Shown piece by piece: positions 16,673 to 20,657 of a stretch of DNA of 20,657 bases. Within the stretch, counting starts at the first letter, position 1. Each line of letters begins with the position of its first letter. The notes under the pieces are model-generated. The model worked only from the letters and a program-made list of their open reading frames with translations. It was not told where the DNA came from and did no database searches. The position numbers and the translations under genes were made by a program. This stretch comes from Candidatus Undinarchaeales archaeon (GTDB taxonomy: Archaea > SpSt-1190 > JASMDC01), in assembly GCA_030753015.1 (NCBI GenBank), contig JASMDC010000050.1, forward strand, positions 1 through 20,657, given 5' to 3'.

Positions 16673-16700
16673 ACCCTTCCGGGTGCGATGGTTTTTTATT
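16673..16700 (+). terminator. Hairpin plus oligo-T after the pilus locus, including copy 2 of the 15-mer
   Basis: CACCC-ttcc-GGGTG (16673-16685 region) followed by CGATGGTTTTTTATT; could equally be the promoter of the next gene. Confidence 0.4.
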
Positions 16701-16787
16701 GATAGCAGACGTAGGTGCGGCGTGGGAACCGTCATGGAGCTCCGGGAACGGGACCAGAAGCTGCACAAGCTCCAGGTGGGATGACAC

Positions 16788-17330
16788 GTGGCCGATGAGC
16801 TCCCCAAACCCCAGGCGCTCGCTCTCACCATCATGGCCGCAGCGGCTGCCGTCATCCTCTCCATCGTCGTCTTCGGTATGAACAGCGCTAATCCCATCAA
16901 ATGGCTCGTTGGCCTGACCGCGATCCCTGGAATACCGTACGCATATGTCAAGGTTACCATGAGGTCACTGGGCGTCCGACCGGGCGATATGAGCGGTGCA
17001 GGACGGATGTGGTTCGCCCACCTTCTATTGATCGTCTTCTCGCTCCTGCTCATCGCCTATCTCGATGATCTCCCGGCACTACAGACGCTCTGGAACCTGG
17101 GTGAGGGTCCTGGGTTGGGGAGGCTTCTGACAAGGGCCGAGCTCGTGGGCGTGCTCGAGCTGCTCTGCTGCTTTGCCGCCGTGTTCAACGGTCTCGCCCT
17201 TGGACAGTGGCGCATCGTGCACTGGTTCTTCACCGGCGAGAGCGAGGATGATGCCTTCAACCGGACAGCGCGGTATGGTGGAAAAATGTTCATGTTAACT
17301 ATGGTCCTGTTCGAAGAGTTCCTCAAGTAG
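16788..17330 (+). CDS. Hypothetical integral membrane protein (180 aa)
   Basis: Four to five hydrophobic segments, coding-like codon use; AGGTGG about 10 nt upstream of GTG. Confidence 0.75.
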   Translation: MADELPKPQALALTIMAAAAAVILSIVVFGMNSANPIKWLVGLTAIPGIPYAYVKVTMRSLGVRPGDMSGAGRMWFAHLLLIVFSLLLIAYLDDLPALQTLWNLGEGPGLGRLLTRAELVGVLELLCCFAAVFNGLALGQWRIVHWFFTGESEDDAFNRTARYGGKMFMLTMVLFEEFLK

Positions 17331-17332
17331 GC

Positions 17333-17758
17333 TCATGCCTGCGATATTATATAGACCCCGGTCAGGATTAGCCCGCCACCACCAGCCAGGAAAGCGTAGT
17401 TCACTTCCTCGTTGAGTACGACCAGCGCTGTGAGCACGGCGAAGAGCGGGTACGTCGATGAGATGAAGGCGACCTTGGAGGAGTCCTCGATCTCCAGAGC
17501 GCTGAAGTAGAACCAGAAGCCCAGGAACGAGCCGACGATGGCGGTGTACATTAGCGGGGTCCAGGCTGCACGGGGCACGATTAACTGCCGTTCTCCCGAG
17601 GACGCCATCAGCCACACCATGAAGCAAACGCTCCCGATGAGGTGCTTGAGGCAGGCGAGCGTCCGGATGTCGACGTCGAGGTCGACGATGACCTTCTCTG
17701 CCACGACGGTCGTCCCCCAAAAGAACGATGCGAGGAGCGATAGCATGACTGCGTCCAT
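17333..17758 (-). CDS. EamA/DMT-family small transporter, single domain (141 aa)
   Basis: LLASFFWG...EK, FYFSAL..EDSSKV..I.STYPLFA.L.A.VVLNE, G..LI..GV; TATA CTTTTAAG about 27 nt upstream (leaderless). Confidence 0.9.
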   Translation of the reverse strand: MDAVMLSLLASFFWGTTVVAEKVIVDLDVDIRTLACLKHLIGSVCFMVWLMASSGERQLIVPRAAWTPLMYTAIVGSFLGFWFYFSALEIEDSSKVAFISSTYPLFAVLTALVVLNEEVNYAFLAGGGGLILTGVYIISQA

Positions 17759-17810
17759 GGGCTGCCGCTGGTACGGGCATCCTTAAAAGGGTGATGGTGG
17801 CCGGGCGCGC

Positions 17811-18314
17811 TCAAACGATCGTGATGCTCCTCACGCCCTCGATCCGGCGCAGCCGCTTGACCAGCCCGTCCGGGAGCTCCTTGTCGAGCACGAGGAGGAG
17901 GGAGGGCTCCTCGTTAAATGAAGGATCCTCGGCGATGGCCTGATGGATGCCCACGTCGAACTCGGCGATCGCTGTCGAGATGCGTGAGAGCAGACCCCGC
18001 TTCGCTGCGTCGTCCGGGGCGATGCGAAGGGCCACCAGCCCAAGGTGTGAAGCAACGTCCCGCAGCGCCGGCTGGGGGCGCAGGTTCGTGAAGACAGCGC
18101 TGAGGATGGTATCGTCGAGGATGGTGCGGCAGGTCTGGTCCACCACTCTTCGATCGACACCGATGGTACGGGCCAGTCCGGCATGGGATACCGGGACGCC
18201 GCTCGTGTGGACCCGGCCCTCATCGTTCACGGCCAGTCCTCGGGCGTAGAGAGCACGCGCCACTCTGAGCTGCGCTCGTCGTCCGCCGAACCGGTCACTT
18301 ACTGCCGACCACAT
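17811..18314 (-). CDS. trpY: TrpY-like ACT-domain transcriptional regulator (COG2150, 167 aa)
   Basis: MW..V...F, GL.V...GRV, LAR.IGVDRRVV..T..TIL.D..L..VF, C-terminal ACT (GLLSRISTAIA..DVGIHQAIAEDP...P.L...IEGVRSITI) match archaeal TrpY as recalled; divergent from a trpB2 fragment with TRP boxes between. Confidence 0.85.
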   Translation of the reverse strand: MWSAVSDRFGGRRAQLRVARALYARGLAVNDEGRVHTSGVPVSHAGLARTIGVDRRVVDQTCRTILDDTILSAVFTNLRPQPALRDVASHLGLVALRIAPDDAAKRGLLSRISTAIAEFDVGIHQAIAEDPSFNEEPSLLLVLDKELPDGLVKRLRRIEGVRSITIV

Positions 18315-18328
18315 AGAATGAAAATGTG

Positions 18329-18344
18329 CGAAAAAGTTTATATT
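18329..18344. promoter_or_regulatory. Overlapping divergent TATA region for trpY and the former trpB2
   Basis: Plus strand CGAAAAAG-TTTATAT; minus strand AATATAAAC centred about 26 nt upstream of trpY ATG 18314. Confidence 0.65.
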
Positions 18345-18360
18345 TGTTCACATATGTACA
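18345..18360. promoter_or_regulatory. Tandem TRP boxes (TrpY operator)
   Basis: TGTTCA-cata-TGTACA, matching the TGTACA TRP-box pair with 4-bp spacing described for Methanothermobacter TrpY. Confidence 0.7.
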
Positions 18361-18380
18361 TTTTACAGCGAGTAATAAGA

Positions 18381-18575
18381 GTCTTCTTCGCAGGGGACAT
18401 CTTCGCCAAGAGCGAGGGTATCATCATCGCCCCGGAGAACGCTCACGCGGTGGCCGCTGCCATCCGCGAGGCCAAGGAAGCGAACGAGGAACGGATCATC
18501 GTGTTCAATCTCTCGGGTCACGGACTGCTGGACCGGGGCTGGTACGAGGCCTACCTGAACGGCAAACGGGAGTAA
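18381..18575 (+). pseudogene. trpB2: C-terminal fragment (~64 aa) of tryptophan synthase beta chain TrpB2
   Basis: IFAKSEGIIIAPENAHAVAAAIREA...IIVFNLSGHGLLD..WYEAYLNGK matches the TrpB2 C-terminus; no start codon after the promoter and no PLP-lysine region. Confidence 0.85.
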
Positions 18576-18631
18576 GGGGGACGGAACGACGTAAGTATGG
18601 ACGTGGGCGTGGCCCAGGAGGTCCAGTCCCG

Positions 18632-18644
18632 CTCCTTTTTTCTT
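18632..18644 (+). terminator. Oligo-T tract between convergent genes
   Basis: CTCCTTTTTTCTT downstream of the trpB2 fragment. Confidence 0.35.
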
Positions 18645-18650
18645 GGACGA

Positions 18651-20657
18651 CTAGAGCTTGGAGCCGCCGGTCTCGATCACGATGTCCACGATCTCGGATG
18701 ACAACCCCGTGATCATCTCCTCCTGCTCGCCATAGACCGTGATCGCGAGCTCGTAGGTATTGACATCATAGGAGAACTTCGTGCCGATGAAGTTCTTGGA
18801 GTATGCGCCGCGTGCCGAGAAGGCGACCAGATAGGTGTTCCCGTCGGGCGAGTAGGTCTCGCCCACCTTGTGCATCGCAGAGCACTTGCCCTGGAGCTTG
18901 TCGAACACCTCCTGGGGATCGACGGTGAGCTGCATCCGCGTCTTATTGCTCGGCAGGGCCTTGACCTTAGTCTTGAACCCATCGAGGTCCATCGGGACCT
19001 TCTCAAGGAAGGGACAGACCGAGCCCACAGTAACGGGCTGCACCTCGACCATCTTACGGTTGTTCTTGATGTCGTGGTAGATGACCGTGCCGGTGATGTT
19101 GCCGGAGACGCACCGGGTGGGCACGAGCTTGAAGATGGCGCTCTGGAACTCACCACGCTTGAGGGCACCGAGATCGACGCTGTTGCTCCCGCCACCTTCG
19201 ATGCGGAACGCCTTGGGTATGTCGAGGTGCACGGAGACGTCCACCAGTGGGAACGTGGAATTGTTCACTACCTTCACACCGATCTTGATGATGTTGCCCT
19301 CACGCGTGACCCCGCGCTTGACGCTGACCTTCTCTTCTCCGATGGTCTTCCTCTTGAGAACGTTGAGGTAGTAACCAAGCGCACTGATACCGCCGATGAT
19401 GGCGAATAGGAATTCCCAGTACGCGAGGAGGAAACCGACCGGGTTCTCCTGCAGGAGCTGGAGGGCCGGTTTCTCCACAGGCACCTCCTCTTCCTCTTCG
19501 GTGCAGTAGAAGCGATCGGTGTCGCAGTATTCGTCCACCATGCAATGCGCGTCCGATGTACAGCAGACGAATCCCTGGAGGCAACATACCTGGTTGCAGT
19601 TTGCCGAATCGCACTCGGCGTTCGCTGTACAAGCGATCCCAACGTCCTTCTTGACCGTCGCTAGTGCATTCTGGGCCTCGGACTGGGCCTCGAGCACAAG
19701 CTTGTAAGCCTTGGCCACGTCGCCTGCTTCCACGGCACGGGCGGCCTCCGTCAGGACGGTATCGATGGAGAGCGTGTCCAGTCCTTTCTCCTTTGCGCTC
19801 GCGATGAGTGTACGTGCCTTCTCGAGCTCAATAGATACATCAGACTCCGTGATCTGCTCCGTTGGTTTCTCAGTGGGTTCCGGCGACGCACCGATCTCGA
19901 CACAGAAAAAACGCTCCTTGTCGCACTGTTCGGTCTCAAGGCAGTCCGCGTTGGAGACACAGCAGGTCCTACCCTTGAGGCAGCACACCTGCCAGCAGTT
20001 GGCGGAGTGGCAATCGGAGTTCCTGTTGCAGACCTTGCCGTTCTCGAGTAGAACGACGGGCGTTGCCGATGGTGCCGAGGTCGGGACGATCGTCTGCACG
20101 GGCGTGGCAGAAGGTGAGGGTGGCTCCGTCGGTGCTTGGGACGGTACCGGTGTTGCCGTGGGAGTCTCGGTCGGGGAAGGCTCCGGGACCGGCGTGGCAT
20201 CAGGTGCTGCGCAGTAGAAGCGATCGCTGCACTCCTTTTCAGGCGGGCAGTCAGTGTCGGAGATACAACAGGTCTGACCGGCGACACAGCAAACACCGCT
20301 GCCGCAGTTTCCGCCAAGGCAGTCCTCGTCATCGGTGCAGGGGCCACCATTGGCACGCTTGGGGCGTTCGGTGGGTGCCTGAGTAGGGGCTTGCGTGGGC
20401 GCTTGGGTAGGACCTTGAGTGGGCGTTTGGGTCGGTGCTTGAGTGGGCGTTTGGGTAGGACCTTGAGTAGGTGCCTGAGTGGGCGCTTGCGTGGGTGCCG
20501 CGGTGGCAGTCTGCGCCACCTCTCCACATATCTGGACATTGGTCAAAGTGCCGTAAATAACTCCGAACACAGGCCATCCATCGGAATAACCATAGAGGAC
20601 AGTGACATCGTTCAAGCCGGACACGTCCACCTCGAGCTCGCAGTCCTTGGAAGCCTG
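18651..20657 (-). CDS. 5'-truncated single-pass surface protein: PTQx repeats, three 10-Cys modules, a helical spacer, a TM helix and a cytoplasmic beta-sandwich plus alpha/beta domain
   Basis: Frame is open to the window edge (QASKDCELEV precedes the listed GTG); TM FLLAYWEFLFAIIGGISALGYYL followed by KRK (positive-inside). Confidence 0.9.
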   Translation of the reverse strand, partial: QASKDCELEVDVSGLNDVTVLYGYSDGWPVFGVIYGTLTNVQICGEVAQTATAAPTQAPTQAPTQGPTQTPTQAPTQTPTQGPTQAPTQAPTQAPTERPKRANGGPCTDDEDCLGGNCGSGVCCVAGQTCCISDTDCPPEKECSDRFYCAAPDATPVPEPSPTETPTATPVPSQAPTEPPSPSATPVQTIVPTSAPSATPVVLLENGKVCNRNSDCHSANCWQVCCLKGRTCCVSNADCLETEQCDKERFFCVEIGASPEPTEKPTEQITESDVSIELEKARTLIASAKEKGLDTLSIDTVLTEAARAVEAGDVAKAYKLVLEAQSEAQNALATVKKDVGIACTANAECDSANCNQVCCLQGFVCCTSDAHCMVDEYCDTDRFYCTEEEEEVPVEKPALQLLQENPVGFLLAYWEFLFAIIGGISALGYYLNVLKRKTIGEEKVSVKRGVTREGNIIKIGVKVVNNSTFPLVDVSVHLDIPKAFRIEGGGSNSVDLGALKRGEFQSAIFKLVPTRCVSGNITGTVIYHDIKNNRKMVEVQPVTVGSVCPFLEKVPMDLDGFKTKVKALPSNKTRMQLTVDPQEVFDKLQGKCSAMHKVGETYSPDGNTYLVAFSARGAYSKNFIGTKFSYDVNTYELAITVYGEQEEMITGLSSEIVDIVIETGGSKL
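19503..20351 (-). repeat. Three copies of a ~47-aa 10-Cys module (20211-20351, 19902-20042, 19503-19643)
   Basis: Consensus G-x2-C-x5-C-x3-N-C-x3/4-CC-x2-G-x2-CC-x-S-x3-C-x3-E-x-C-x2/3-RF[YF]C in all three copies. Confidence 0.9.
20364..20495 (-). repeat. Degenerate 12-bp coding tandem repeat, 11 units (PTQ[A/G/T] x10, then PTER)
   Basis: Read directly in protein and DNA; synonymous variation between units. Confidence 0.92.

Noticed and set aside
18162-18169. 8-nt match (GATGGTAC) to the predicted TnpB guide inside trpY
   Set aside because: Too short to exceed chance in 20 kb on two strands
18183-18380. 5' part of the 130-aa ORF 18183..18575 as a real N-terminus
   Set aside because: It runs antisense through trpY and across the AT-rich promoter/operator; only the part from about 18381 resembles TrpB2
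20364-20495. Tandem repeat considered as a CRISPR array
   Set aside because: 12-bp degenerate in-frame coding units with no spacers; no cas genes in the window

Overview
GC-rich archaeal chromosomal segment. Evidence for Archaea: BRE/TATA promoters, several starts about 26 nt after a TATA box (leaderless), class III signal peptides and a TrpY-type regulator. The gene content looks DPANN-like, but that placement is only an inference. In order: a small hypothetical gene; an HDAC/AcuC-family deacetylase; a solo IS607/IS605-type tnpB with intact RuvC residues whose right end abuts the deacetylase promoter; a metallophosphoesterase with atypical ligands; a 761-aa membrane-anchored protein with three thioredoxin/DsbA CxxC domains and a Cys-rich tail; a TrmJ-family methyltransferase; an OsmC-family protein; a Cys-motif membrane protein; a DHH/DHHA1 phosphoesterase with a candidate 35-aa upstream ORF; a type IV pilus-like locus (coiled-coil protein, two prepilin-like proteins, ATPase, two platform proteins, one fused to a Cys-rich Ig-like domain); a membrane protein; an EamA protein; trpY with TRP boxes facing a trpB2 remnant; and a 5'-truncated single-pass surface protein. 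The most striking candidates are (1) that surface protein, which has three 10-Cys modules outside and a cytoplasmic tail resembling the adaptin/COPI appendage, (2) a disulfide-rich surface apparatus (triple-Trx oxidase plus Cys-rich pilus parts), and (3) a TrpY/TRP-box module left in front of a deleted trpB2. All family calls come from motif recognition; no database searches were run.
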